A stretch of 64,000 bases of DNA from Vicugna vicugna. Lineage: Eukaryota. Of the stretch, positions 36,807 to 50,502 are shown in pieces. Position numbers and translations under genes: made by a program. Location: contig MU058844.1 of NCBI GenBank assembly GCA_013265495.1, forward strand, positions 3,787,895 to 3,851,894, read 5' to 3'. The notes beneath the pieces were generated by a model, which did not search any database, had not been told where the DNA came from, and saw only the letters and a list, made by a program, of their open reading frames with translations. Numbering within the stretch: position 1 is the first letter of the stretch; every line of letters starts with the position of its first letter.

Positions 36807-39409
36807 TGTATGTCAATACATACATACCATTGGATTTGTATGTATACATTATCAGAATATATACATCGTTGCATTGGAATTTTTTAAAAATCTGGCTTTC
36901 TTACTAGACTTTGAGTTAGTTAATGACATCAGCACCCAGTATAGTTCATGGCACACTGTAAGTGCTTCACGATGTTGAATAAATGAATAAGAACATGCTC
37001 TCACCTACCACCTTGGAAACAGCATTCACCCTTTATGGACTGGAGAGAATTGGTAGCTACTGATGATTCAAAACAAATTTTTTTAAAGAGCACTTTCAGT
37101 ATAGTGTACAAAAAAATGCTTTTGTAAAAGAGGAATCATGGTATTTTGTACCATTAACCTTTATTCATATGATAGTCTTTTCCAAGAAGTTTCTTTTTTC
37201 TCTTGTCTACTTAAACCTTTGTGATCTCCCATAATCTTCAAAGACCCTCATAAACACTACATTCCCCAGAACACGTGTGTTTGTTCATCACACCAGAGAA
37301 TGTGGTGACTGTGGGGAGCAGTGCTGAGAGAGAGTATATGCACAAGAAAACATGTGAAAGGTAGAGCATCTTGAGTCTGAGTAGGGGATCAGAAAGGGCA
37401 GAATTACTTCATCCCCACACACTTCTTGGCTATAAATCCAGTACAGTCAGTTCACTTTCAAGAGAATATTTTTTAGTTTTCCTTCCTTTTTTCTTTCTGT
37501 TTTGTTGTTTTATTAGCCACCTCTAAGAAGATTTTTTCCCTCTTGCGTGGGAATCATCTGCCCACAGGAAAATTTTGTGTTAAAATTAAGAAATACTTTG
37601 ATTAAGTGATGAAAAGCAAATGTTGAGATGATTTTCAAAGATCTTTGTTCAAGCTTTGAATCGAAATGATTACTTCCAGACATATTCATTACCTAATTAC
37701 TGTTCCAAGTTTCCAAAGCACAATTAAATTTAGTTAAAAATTATGAACTTGTTGATACACAGTTATTCCTAGACACACAGTTGGGCAAGAGTGTCAACAT
37801 TCAGTCACAGTCTGAGGAATGCAGGGCTCTGGTGAATGGGTTCCTGAGATGTTTAGGTATGTGGACAGAGGGATGTGGAACTTAGTCCTGGTACTACCTT
37901 TCAAGTTTCCATCTAGTTGTTCAACAATAAATCCACTGAAAAAGTCTCAGTGCCCACGTATGTACCAAAATAAATAGATAACACCTACTCCTTTTCAGAG
38001 GATTCCAAACTCGTCAGAAATTAAGACAAATCTCTATCAAAATTCTTCAGGAAGATGAAGGTGTAACATTCCAAGTTACTGAGCAGACCAGCTCTGGCTT
38101 GCCATTACACAAAGAACCAAATTCTCTGAATGACATGAAAGGAATCTGAGCTAATTATTTTACACTACATATTCCCAGCCAAAGACAACTTGACCTAAGA
38201 AAGGCTACATATTGGAAAAAGACCAGGATCTGGCACTAAAGAGACAGGAAATCTTGCATAATTAATTTGCTTCTCCTTTTCATGGCCTCATGTTTCCTCA
38301 GTGATAAACCTAAACTAAATAATCTGTAAATTTAATTTTAAATACTGATTCTATGAATTCAAGGCCTGAAGAAATTGTGATGAGTACATCTTCTCACCAC
38401 TAGTCGTCCTTCTTGTGCAGAATATGAGGATGTTGGATTGAGGCGCTTTTAGTTTAGCTGATGATTTATCAGAAATGTAAGATGTGCCTTCAAAATGCTT
38501 GGTTTTTGTTTTCCTATTATCATTATGTTTCTTCTGGGAGTTCTTTGTAGACAGGTCTGGAGCTCTGTGTTATAAAGATAGTGATATTTGGAATAAGCTA
38601 GTGATGGGGCTTCAGTGTATTTAGCTATTAACTGTTTTCTCACAGGAGAGAATTTTCATTAGTCTCCATCTGAATGGCTACGTGAACCTGGAGAGGGACT
38701 TGACATATGACAGTCTATGGCTTCTAAAGAGAGGAGTTTGAAAAATGCTGTCTTTGCTTGGGAATGCATGTGTCCCCCTTCTGGGCATAAGCACAAGAGG
38801 AAACCTCAAGAAGAAAGAACTAGAATTTACTTGTATGTGTAGCTGCCTGTAGGGGCAGGGGATCATGATTTGCATTTATGTGGCTGCAAATCTGAACACC
38901 CCAAAATGGCTTCTGGAATGAATGGATGACATGTCTAATAAGAGCCTGTATCCAGGTGTCTGTTTTCAGATAATAAGAATTCCTCATCTCCTGGCAGCAA
39001 AAATAATTTGGTCTTTCTGAAGTAGTTTCAAACAAACAGCAATTCAGACTTATGCAAAAACACAGTGAAATGTATCACATGTATCCCAGGATTAAAAGTA
39101 AAGTGTTGGATGACAGTATGTTCTTCTCTGGAGTTTATGGCCAAAATATTGAAAGTTTGTGGTGACTAATTATTATCACTAATGTTTGGACCATCCAAAT
39201 CATAATAGAGTCAAATTAACAGATAGCCCTCTTGATGTCACATTAACTTCTATATTGAGGTATGAAGAAGGGGAATTATAGTTATAATTGTATTAGCACA
39301 GGTATAATGGCATAACTATTTATACATACTATATTATATGTAATATACATAGTTATAGATATACTATATTATGTATATAATACATTACATTACTATCATG
39401 TAGTAATTG

Positions 39410-39640
39410 TTGTAATAATATCTTGTATTTACTGGGATTACTCTGTGCCAGGCACCATGCTAAGCGTTTATGTAAATATACTTATTTAATATTCACATGA
39501 ACCTATTCAATTACTATTCCCTTTTTACCTGTGAGGAAACCAAGGATGAGAGAAGAGCCCAAGACTCAAAGCAAGTACGCAGTACACCCAGTGCTTGTAT
39601 CCATCCCCAAACAACTAGAGCACTCTATTGCTAAACGCCA
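39410..39640 (-). mobile_element. MIR SINE
   Basis: 'tactctgtgccaggcaccatgctaagcg...tttttacctgtgaggaaaccaagg'. Confidence 0.8.
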
Positions 39641-40224
39641 AAAGTTTATCACTGGCCATAAAGGTGAAAGAAAAATTTTAAAGTGAATCAATGTCATTTC
39701 TGTTTAGCTTTTCATTGGCCAGGTATGTTTCATATTGATTAAAAGCTTTAGCTTAAAATTCCTGTTTTCTGAAACTGAATTCTTGTTAGAAAATATCATT
39801 TGTGAAAATAAAGCTAAATTGCAAAATTCAAACACATTCTATTTTCCTGAGGAAGTAACTTTCACTCCCACAGGCTAACTGTTACGTTTTGTAGGTCAGA
39901 GGCACATGGCGCATAGGTTTTTTCCCCTGATGGCAGCAATGATGGGGAATCCAGTTTTATTGTTTAATTATTCAGACATCTTGTTTAGGTGGAAGGAGGA
40001 AGAAAATCCGGTTTGTTGGCCTTTTTTGTTGTTGTTGTTTTTGGTTGATTGTCTGTTTGTAAACTTAAATTATTTAAGAGAACACTTCAATCCCTTTGGA
40101 AAGGAGGCGAATACACGGAGATCTAAGCAAGTGTGTTTCTGTGTTTTGTTTTTCCTTTTGACTCATGGCTGAGATTGCAGAATAAGCTCTCTGTGAGTTT
40201 CTGTGACTGTATTTGAGACTAATC

Positions 40225-40735
40225 TTTACTGCCTTTGACAGATTGTATTTTCCCAAAATGTCCACCACACTTTCTTCCATCCGACATGTTATTACAATAT
40301 GACTTTGACACTCCTCCTACTGAGAGGCAAGATCTATGTTCCATACCAACAAGCAGATTTTGCACTATGATGTGACATTATGTGACTTCTGGAGCTAGGT
40401 CATAAAAGGTGATAGAGTTTGTTCCTATGCTTAGGACCCACCACCATGCAGTGAGGAAGCCCACACCATGCATGCAGAAAGACCCACATGGAGAAGAACC
40501 AAGGCCCTAGCCCTCTGCCCTTGTCAAGCTCACAGTCAACAACCAGCAGCCAAGTGGGACTGGACCTTGGAATTAGATCCTCCAACTCCCAGCCAAGCCA
40601 TCCCAATTGACACTGCATGGAACCTTCCTGCCAACTTCTGCCCAAATTGTAGCTTTGTAATACAATAACTGGTAGCTGTTGTCTCCAGCTACTATGTTTT
40701 GCAGTGGGTTGTTAAGCAACAATAGATAGACAACT
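40225..40735 (+). mobile_element. MLT1 (MLT1F/G-like) solo LTR
   Basis: 'tgtgacttctggagctaggtcataaaagg', 'ccaccatgcagtgaggaagccca', 'gttaagcaacaatagata'. Confidence 0.8.
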
Positions 40736-41718
40736 GAAACTCCTCTCACCATATAAAGGTGGAGTATCCTCCTATCTTTACACGATAGTAATAAATTAAA
40801 TGATCAAATCTCAAATAAAAGAGCTCTGTTCTGATTGGCTAAAAGGGATTTATGAATGCTTACATAAATCTAACATTCTCCAAGTTTCCATGTTTTTAAA
40901 TTCTCACATCTTATATTTTAAATCATAATCCAAGTTTATATAAATAAAGTGAAACTTAGGACAAAATAAGCTGGTTAAATCATTTTGCTTTTAAAAAAGT
41001 GATGTCTGTTCCTGACTTCATCAATGTGGACTAGAATCTAAGTAGAAAACAATTTTATTTTATATAGAACTTGCAGCTTTTTCAATTGAAGAATTTAGTT
41101 AATTTCAACTTCTTAACATTCTAACACTGCTTTACCGATTAGATAAGTCAACACTACTTCCTACTACTATTTCCACATAACACTTAAAATTAAGAAAAAA
41201 GATAAAATCATCTGCTCAAATAAACTGCATTATACTTTTGACAAATGTTTTCATATACATAGTAGTTATGCTCTATAGTGTATCAGCTTTAACAAGGTTC
41301 CTGAAATCTATAATTCATTTTAAAATTTTTCTCAAAGTATTATTATATTAAGGTAATTATTTTTGGATATATAGACAATTTTTAAGTGAGATAGAATACT
41401 AAAACATTTGTCATCAAACACTATTTTAATACGTATATTATTTTGCCCCATTTTTGTTTTTATATGTTAGGGAGTAGCTTTATCATTGGATTATATTAGT
41501 GATGTTTTTGCCACCTTAAGAAAGTGTGAAAGAAATCGATGTGGTTTTAGAGAGGGAATTATGCTACTCCAATGGAAATTTTTACTTGTCTCCATTCACG
41601 AGGTTTGTTAGCATGCTAAAATGCTTGCTGATGATACACAGTTAGCAATTACCTATCTCCTAGCTCTCTCTGTGTAAAAGTAGTTAATCTGGCTAAAACT
41701 TATAATTAAAATGGAAAT

Positions 41719-42490
41719 TGTAAGGGAAAACCTCACTCTTCCTGCTGTGTTTCTCATTTATTCTCACACTAATACTACACTCACAATATTCGTGGCATGG
41801 GTTGTGTGAATTTTTTTCTTTTTCCCCGCCAAGTAATTCTCTGTGACACCAGCTGGGTGTCCTACAAGGCAATTTAATTCTGCCACTAACCAAAGTCATG
41901 AAAGACCCCACAGGTTAAGGATCAGTCCCATGAGTCTTCCCCCCTAGTGCAAACCACTATTGCAAGTAGGAGGTCCTCAGGTTACCATAGCTTCTGTCCA
42001 ACTTGGCTACAAATCAGAGTTTCTGAATATTTCCTCCTCTTTGGGTTCAGTTATTTGTTAGAACAGCTCACAGAACTTATTAAGGAAGTACTAACTTAGG
42101 TTTACCAGTTCATTATATAATAAAGGACATGATAAAAGATACCGAATAAACAACCAGATGAAGCGAGCCACAGGGTGAGGTCTGAAGGGGTCCCAAATGT
42201 GGGAGCTTCTGTCCTTGTGGAGTCAGGGTGTTTCATCCGTCTGGCACTTGAATGTGTCCACAAACCCAGAAGCTCCCCGAGCTCCATATTTCAGGGATTT
42301 TTATGGAGGCTTTAACACATAGGCATGATAAATCATTAATTCATTTCTAGTCCTTCTCTGCAGAATGAGAGGTGAGGCTGGTTTTTCTGGTGACCAGCCT
42401 CCACCCAGGAGCCTGCCAAGAGTCACCTTATGAGGATAAAAGAAATTCCTATCACCCAGGAAATTCCAAGGGAATTTGCAAGTGAAACTC
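41719..42490 (-). mobile_element. MER21-family LTR
   Basis: 'gacaccagctgggtgtcctac', 'gggagcttctgtccttgtggag', 'atcacccaggaaattccaaggg'; visibly similar to 20195-21019. Confidence 0.82.
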
Positions 42491-43428
42491 AGGGAGATAA
42501 GTTTCTTGGGCTTGGTTTTTTAGTCTCTGGATCAAAGAGCAAACAACATAGAAGCTTTTGAAAATACAATCCTAGATTTCTTCTGCATATTTCCAGACGA
42601 AAGATAACTCTCTGACATTTGTAATTTCTTAACACCAAATGGCTCTGTACACTCAAATTCATATCTGTGTTATGTCCATATAAATGAAATGACCACAACA
42701 CAGTATGACCATCATTTTGTGTGTGTATGTATGTGTTGTATTCATGAGTGATATTCATGAGTGAGCATGAATAAACTTTGGAGATTATTTATGAGTATAA
42801 AGGTATCTGTTAAGAAAAATTATCCTAAACTTGAAAATAAGACAAAAAGAAGTTAGAATTTATTTTCAATGTTATATGGGTACATTTTTTAACAGGTTTA
42901 CCCAAAAATCATTACCTGATTTAGGGGAATGTACCTTTGTTGGACTTGCTATTTACTCTTAATAAAAGGTCCAGATTTTGTGAGTTTTCATGTTCACTTA
43001 ATAAATAGAAACACCACATAATTTGTCTTCAAAACCAGGATGCTATTAATCATTATACTTGGACAATAGTGACCAGTAGAGAAGCAAATAATTTTGGAGC
43101 CACAGAATAAAAAGTTCCAAAGATTACTGCCCTAGAAGACATTAATCAATTTTGCATCTAACATAGCTGTTGTATTCAAAGGTTATACATACCCCCTTAT
43201 CTATATCTATAGATACCCACACTTCATCAAATACCCACTTTGAACCAGTTTTACCACCTGCTGATTCCCCAATTAATGAGCTGAATTTATAAACACTGTG
43301 TTTTTAACTTTCTGAAATTATACTTTGACTGATGTTTTACAAAGTGTATTCTGGGATATACAAGTCCCAAGAGATATTTTATGGGGAAAATGTGCCCACG
43401 TTCACCCTCTTGCTGCTAGTCTCAAGAC

Positions 43429-43432
<4 letters not shown>

Positions 43433-43488
<56 letters not shown>
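43433..43488. repeat. (CA)n microsatellite with one GA interruption
   Basis: Directly visible, about 28 dinucleotide units. Confidence 0.97.
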
Positions 43489-43490
<2 letters not shown>

Positions 43491-43609
43491 CACTCTTTCA
43501 TTTAGTCCTGCATTTCCTAAATGTACTTGAACCTGGCAGCCCTTTCCTTTCTTTTTTTGCCCCGTTTGGTTATTATGTATATGTTACATTATATTGGCTC
43601 TTTCTCCAA

Positions 43610-44115
43610 AACACATGCTGAATTGATCCACCTGTCTCCAGCTCTACTGGCACCATCTTAGTTTGAGTCATTATTGTCTCTTGCCTGCATTTAGCAGTAG
43701 TCTGAAAGATGGGTCCCCTGTTCTACTCCTGCTGCTCTCCAATCCATTTTTCATACAGTGGCCTAAGTGATCTTTCAAAAATAAAATTAAATTGTGTTTT
43801 CACCTTTTTAAAACTTCCCACTGGCTTCTTACTGCACTCAAACTAGAATCCAAGCTTCTCCCCTGCCAGGCCCTACATGATGTGCCTGCTGTCTGTCTCT
43901 CCCTCTTCATATCAGTAGCTCCCTCCTTCTCACTCATGTATTCTAGTCTCACCAGCCTTCCTCTTTTTCTTAGAACAAACCATGCTTCCTCCACCTTAGG
44001 GTTCTGCTTTCTGGTACGGTCTTCCTCCAGATCTTTACATGATGGTTTCTCCAGATCCTTCAGTCTCCGTTTAAATGTCAGGTCCTCAAAAAGACCTTCT
44101 TGACCACCCAGTTCA
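43610..44115 (+). mobile_element. L2 relic
   Basis: 'ctctccaatccatttttcatacagtggcc...aaacttcccactggcttc...aaatgtcaggtcctcaaaaagaccttc'. Confidence 0.8.
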
Positions 44116-45159
44116 AAATAGATTCTCCATATATACAAAGAGGCAAAGTAAAAGAAACCCTGCATGATCCAAGTGCAGGGTGCTGAAAATGTATTGTGCT
44201 CTAAATGCTGCCTACTCTTCACTGGAGGACTGCTGGAAAGTCTACCATTTTGAGTCTTTTTAAGGATATCTTTGTCCTCTTTTAAAATGCATGAATTCCT
44301 AGAAGGATTAAGGCAAAGATGGAAGAGAAAAACAGTTGGCGGGGAACAGGAATTGGTCCTGCGCATAGGTTCTGTGTGGCCTAAACAAGTGTTTAAGTAT
44401 TTGTACTATTGCCAACATTTTAAAAATTAAGAGGTTTTCAAGTAAGTATTTCTTTTTTGTGTTGAAATCAGTCTGACTTTCTCCCTTGGCAATAATCTTG
44501 TGAAAGGGAAGTACCCTCCAGGGGTCTCCAGTCCCCACCTGATTCATGACACTCAGGGAGGGTACCTGTCTGCACTTTGAAACCTCTCATTTTAGGCTAC
44601 TATCATCTCTCACATAACACTGGATTTGATGAAAGCAACTTAGATAAGACTTCTGAGCTTTCTTACAGGCAGGGAGGTAGTGACTTAAAAAAATGGGTTA
44701 TGGTAATTATAGATGTATAAGCTGAGTCTTAGAAAGTAATTTATTAGAGATCATCCAGGTATCTTTTCTCTCAGTGGAAGAATTATTTTATTTAATCTTT
44801 GCAATCTTTTGAAGAAGGTATTACTTGCTTCTTGGATCAGCTAGTAAGTGCCAGAGTCTGGGCTCTATCTCACTGGAATTTGTTTCAAGTCTAGAGCTGT
44901 TTCCACCATACTGCTTCCCTACACGATAGTTGACTTTGTGTGTAGCCAGTGTGAGAGTCTGGCAAGAGCCAATAGGTATCTTTGCTCAGTTCTCTTGAGT
45001 TTGCATCCCTGTCCTAGACTTTGACTCCAGGTACCCTCTGGACCCTCTGTGTCACTGGTTCAAGAACCATGTAATGTTCCAGCCCTTGATTTGGGTTGTG
45101 GTCTCCTGACTCACACTTCTTCCTTGCTACTGTTATTCTTCCGTTTGTTTACCCCATGT

Positions 45160-48100
45160 CTTGTTTTCTTTTTTTCAGATTTTTAAATAAAATATAGATT
45201 TTAAATTAATTTTTCCAGTTTTATTGAGATATAACTGAAATGTAACATTGTGTGTAAGTTTAAGACGTCAGTGTGTTTGATACTTACATATGAAATGATT
45301 ACCACGGTAGCATTAATTAACACCTGCAACATAATTATCATTTTTTTTCGTGGTGAGAACATTTAAGATCCACTCTCTCTAACAACTTTCAAGTATATAA
45401 TATAGTATTGTTAACTATAATCACCATGCTGTGCATTAGATTCCTCAGAGTTTATTCATCTTATAACTGAAAGAGCGTATCTTTTGACCAACATCTTTCC
45501 ATTTCTACCCTCATTCCTCAACCCAGCCCCTGACAACAACCATTCTACTCTGTTTTTATGAGTTCAGAATCTAAAAGATTCTACATATAAGTGATCTCAT
45601 ACATTATTTGCTTCCTCTGACTTGTTTCACTTAGCATAATGATCTCAAGGTACATCTATGTTGTTACAAATGGCAGGATTTCTTTTCTCCTCATGGCTGA
45701 ATAATAGTATCCATTATATATTAATAATAATGGAGATATATATATCTATATAGATATAGATATATATATAAATAATATCTTCTTTATCCATTCATCTGTA
45801 CACAGACACTAATTGGCTATTGAGACTATGAAAACATAGATATCTTTATGAGATCCTGATTTCATTTCCTTTGGATATATCCCCAGAGTGAAATTACTAA
45901 ATCTTCTATTTTTAATTTTTTGAGGCAACTTCATACTGTTTCCCATAGCGGTTGTATCAATTTATGTTATCACAAACAGTGAACAAGGATTCCCTTTTCT
46001 CCACATTCTTGCCAATATTTGTTCTCTCTTGTCCTCTTGATGATAGCTATTCTAACAGGTGTGAGATATTTGTGATTTTGATGTGCATTTTCCTGATAAT
46101 CAGTAATGTGAAGCAACTTTCATGTATCTCTTGGCCATTTGTATATATTCTTTGAAGAAATGTCTGTTTAGTTTCTCCATCCATCTTTTAATCAGATTGT
46201 TTATTTTTCTCCCGTTCTGTTGTATGAGTTCCTTAAATATTCTGGATACTAGTCCCTTATCAAGTATATGCATCACAAATATTTTCTCCCATTAAATATG
46301 TTGACTTTTCATTTTGTTGACTGTTTTTCACTACAGAAACTTTTTAGTTTGATGTAGTACCACTTATTTATTTTTGTTTTTGTTGTGTGTGCTTTTGGTG
46401 TCATATTTTAAAAATTGTTGCCAAGACCAGTGTCCAGGAGCTTCTTCCCTGTGTTTTCTTCTAGGAATTTCACAGTATAGGTCTTATGTTTAAGTTTTAA
46501 ATTATTTTCAAGTTAACTTCTGTGAGAGATGTAAGACAGGGTTTCAGTTTCATTCTTCTGCATGTGATTATACAATATTCCTGTCTCCTTTATCAAAGTT
46601 GACTGTGTATAGGAGGGTTTATTTCTGGACTCTCAATTCTGTTTCACTAGCTCTGTGTCTGTTTCTATGCCAGTGCCTTACTGTTTTAATCACTAGAGAT
46701 TTGTGGTATAGTTGGAAGTCAGGAATTATGATGCTTCCAGCTTTGTTCTTTCTCAGATTTGCTTTGACTATTTGGGGTCTTTTGTAATTCTGTATGAATT
46801 TTAGAATTGCTTTTTTCTTATTTTCTATATTGTGTATTTATTAACAAATTATTGTTGCTATAGTCATTTTCTAATACTTTTGTCCTTTAAACTTTATACT
46901 AGAGTTAAGTGGTTAACACACCATCATATTCTAACATTAAGGTATTATGAACTTGACTAGACATTTATCTTTACCAATGTGTTGTACACTTTCATATGTT
47001 TTCATGTTACTAATTAGAAACCTTTCCTTTCAGCTTGAAGAACACCTTTCAGCATTTCTTGTAAGGCAGGTCTACTAACGGTGAACTATTTTAACTTTTG
47101 TATCTCTCCTTCATTTCTGAAGGAAAACCTTGCCTGATAAGAGTATTTTTAGTTGGGATTTTTTTTCAGCACTTTGAATATATTATCCCACTCTCACCTG
47201 GCCTGTATGGTTTCTTCTGAGAAATTCACTGAAAGCCTTATGGATGTTTCCTTTGTAAATAAACTTCTTTTCTCTTGCTGCTTTTAAGATTCTCTCTTTT
47301 TTTCTTTGATTTTTGAGTTTTATATAATGTATCTTGGAGAAGATCTCTTTAAATTGAGTTTGTTTTGTGATCTATGAGATTCATGAACTTGGATATTTAA
47401 ATCTTGCCCCAGGTTTGGGAAGTTCTCAGCCATTTTTTTTTAAACTTCTTTAAATAAGCTTTCTATCCTCTTCTTCTCTTCTCCTTCTGGATTCCAATAA
47501 TTTGAAAATGTTTGTTTTGATGATATCCCATATATCACACAGCGTTTCTTTCTTTATTTTTATTCTATTTTCTTTGCTTTCCTGACTGAATAATTTAAAA
47601 GTTCCTGTCTTCTAATTCACAGATTCTTTCTTCTGCATGATACTTTCTGATGTTGATGTTCTCTATTGCATTTTTCATTTCATTCATTGTATTCTTCAGC
47701 TCCAGAATTTCTGTTTGTCTATTTTTCATAATTTCTCTTTGTTAAACACATTTTGTTTGTGTATCGTTTTCCTTATTTTACTGAACTGTCATTCTGTGTT
47801 CTCTTATTGCTCATTGAGTTTCCCTAAAATAGCTATTTTGAATTTTTTTATTAGGTAAATCCCAGATCTCCATGTCTTTGGGATCATCTACTGGAAGATT
47901 ACTGTGATCCTTTGGTAGTCTCATATTTCCTTCATTTTTCATGTGCCTTGAGGTTTTGTGCTGCTGTCTTTACATCTGAAGTAACAGTCACCTCCTCCAG
48001 TTTTTAATGTCTTCAAGACAGAAACACCTTCCATCAACTCTGCTAGGAATTCTGAGGCTTTCTCAGAACTTCTGTTCCATGCTTCTTGTTCAGAATTCTC

Positions 48101-49090
48101 TCACTCCTGCAACACTACCAGTAATGACAGTCTCTCTTTTGTTTTCCAAAAGGTGGCACTAAAGCTCAAGTGTCTAGTCTCTCCCTGGCCCACAGATCCA
48201 GGCTGGCTTTCTGTACATGCTCACTAGCCATCTGCCAGAGCTTGTTCTCAATGTCATAACTGGGACTGCACACAGGAAGATAGTCACAGGGTGAAAGAAC
48301 GTGTGTGTGAGGTGCACAGGGTGCTGGGCGTGCCCAGGAGTCAGCTGGGGCAGTCCACAGGTGAGCTGTCCCCAGAAATCCATGGGTGGACTTCCTGGTG
48401 GAGTCTGCAACACAGCTAGTAGGATCTGCCTTCCTTTAATTTTCTCTGAGAGTCCTATTTACCTCTCTCCCAGCCACTCCACATCCCCCAGTCACGCAGC
48501 ATGATTCACTAATTAGGAAGGAATAAGAGAGAAATGAGCTTCTTTGGCAGCATCCTACCTAGCTGGGGAAACTAAGTGTTCACTCACATTCTCATGCTTA
48601 ATTCTGTAGGAGAAATCATGAGCTGAGAAGACCTCCTTTGGCTCTAAATTTGCCACCTCGGGGGAGCGATAATGTGGGTAAAGTCAAAAGGTTCCTCTCT
48701 CTCTCTCCAGTGCATCCAAACTTGCGTTTGTTTTCTTCAGTGCCATGCTAGACATTCTCTGCTGGAAACCTGGACTTCAACAAAGGCTTTCTCATTCATG
48801 AGTTATTGTCTAAGATAATGTTTTCTGAGGATCCTGGACCATGGCTGAGAGAGGCTGGAGCCGGTTCACAGTCCACTGAAGGCTCCACAGCCAGGACCAG
48901 GGTCTGTATGCCGATTACCTGATGCACTGGTAGGCATGACTTCTCCTGGGTCCCTTGGCATATGGTGCTAGATACCACAGGACCCAGACAGGCATAGATG
49001 AACAGGGATGCATGTCAAATTATTGTTGCTGAGGTAGAGGTAAACATGAAGGAGGGACATCATATTCAGCCATGATGCTGACATCACTTT
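45160..49090 (-). mobile_element. Old L1 with 3' end, ORF2 3' part, ORF1 and 5' UTR (large internal gap)
   Basis: Antisense 3' UTR/ORF2 end 45160-46810 joined to ORF1/5' UTR-like sequence 46810-49090; terminus reads gtgatgtcagcatcatggctgaa on the minus strand, like the L1 5' YY1 motif. Confidence 0.78.
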
Positions 49091-49189
49091 AAATAACTTC
49101 ACTCTTTGTCTTGTTGACCCATAGGCTTTAGTGATGGTTTTCTTGAGTTCCCTGCATTGCACCTTATTCTCTTCCATAGAGCCCTGCTA

Positions 49190-49350
49190 TTCATGGGAGA
49201 TTGGAGGACCAGTAGCATAGTATCACTCTAGAATTTGTTAGAAATACAGCATTTCAGGCATCTTCTCAGACCCACTGAATCAGAATCTGCACCTTAACAA
49301 GATACTTGGGTGATTCATATTCCCATTAAATTTTGCAAAGCACCCACTAT
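49190..49350. mobile_element. MER5-type hAT-Charlie MITE
   Basis: 'gacccactgaatcagaatctgcaccttaacaagatacttgggtgattcatat'. Confidence 0.75.
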
Positions 49351-49739
49351 ATGACTTTTCTCTTGGCCATCACAGAGTAGATCTTCTGCTGCAGCTATCC
49401 TGCATTCCCATTAGATCAACTCTAGCCAATAATAACCTTGAGACAGTTCCTTGTTCCTTTGGTGTTATTCCCATCTTGAGGTCTGTGACTGCCTTACTCC
49501 TTTCTAGACTCTACTTGGCTGTCACATTTATTTGGTTGACACCGACAATAGTGTGTGTGTGCATGTGTAGATGTGTGCATATGCAGGAGAAAGTATCCAA
49601 CTGAGGTTTATATTTTCATCAGGTTAATAGGTTTTTGAACTAAATGTTAAAAGATAAGGAGGATTTTTAAAAGGTGGAGTTTGGAAACAGAGAAGGAAGA
49701 AGGAAATCCCTTACAATAAATGAAATGAAATAGACATTT

Positions 49740-49960
49740 CTTAGTAACAACCATGTACTAACGCTTCACATACATTTCTCTCATTTAATTCTCACAGAAT
49801 TCTATAAATTAGGTTTATTAGTATCTCCTTTATACAAATGGGGAAACGGAGGTGTAAAGATGTTAATTAACTTGCCCAAAGCCACAAAACAAGTAAATGG
49901 CAGGCCAGGCCTTTGATCCCAGGCAGTGTGAATAGCATACCCATGCTCTTAACCACATCA
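49740..49960 (-). mobile_element. MIR SINE
   Basis: 'aaatggggaaacggaggtgtaaagatgttaattaacttgcccaaagccaca'. Confidence 0.8.
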
Positions 49961-50361
49961 CCGTTTATGGAGAAACATAAGAACTGTATCCAGCTTTGAG
50001 GAAAGTGGAACCTAACTCATACACTAAAGAGTCCAGATTAGTTAAAACATAGTATATGAAAAGAGAAGTAATGGAAAGAAGAGACAGCTACAGCTACAGA
50101 ATTTCTAGATGAAGAAAGGTCTAAGATGGAATTTCGTGAGGGAGTTGCTTAGGGTCTTACTCTGATGTTTCATTTACATAATAAGCACACTTTTTCACTT
50201 AGTATATAACATTTAAAGTGGCATGGTAGCAGTAGTGGATGCAGGCAAGGGCCAATAAGTAAATATGAATAAGAGCCCTGCAAAGCTAGCTCTTCTCACT
50301 GTCAAATCTGGAGAACTTAGGTGGGGTAAGAGCACATATGGCCTTAAATGTTGAACTGGCT

Positions 50362-50502
50362 GGTGGGGGAGAGTATATAGCTCAAGTGGCAGAGTGCATG
50401 CTTAGCATGCATGAGGTCCTTGGTTCAATTCCCAGTACCTCCATTAAATAAATAAATAAACCTAATTACTCCACTCCCCCAAAAGAGAAAAAGTACAAAA
50501 AT
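50362..50502 (+). mobile_element. tRNA-derived camelid SINE (Vic-1 type)
   Basis: A box 'tagctcaagtgg', B box 'ggttcaattcc', '(aaat)n cctaattac' tail; 13-bp TSD tgttgaactggct (50349-50361) / tgtttaactggct (50503-50515). Confidence 0.88.

Noticed and set aside
43800..44366. Longest ORF (188 aa, minus)
   Set aside because: Mostly the antisense reading of an L2 relic; no recognisable domain.
50362..50445. tRNA-Ala-like gene
   Set aside because: Followed by a SINE tail and flanked by TSDs, so it is a SINE head rather than a tRNA gene.
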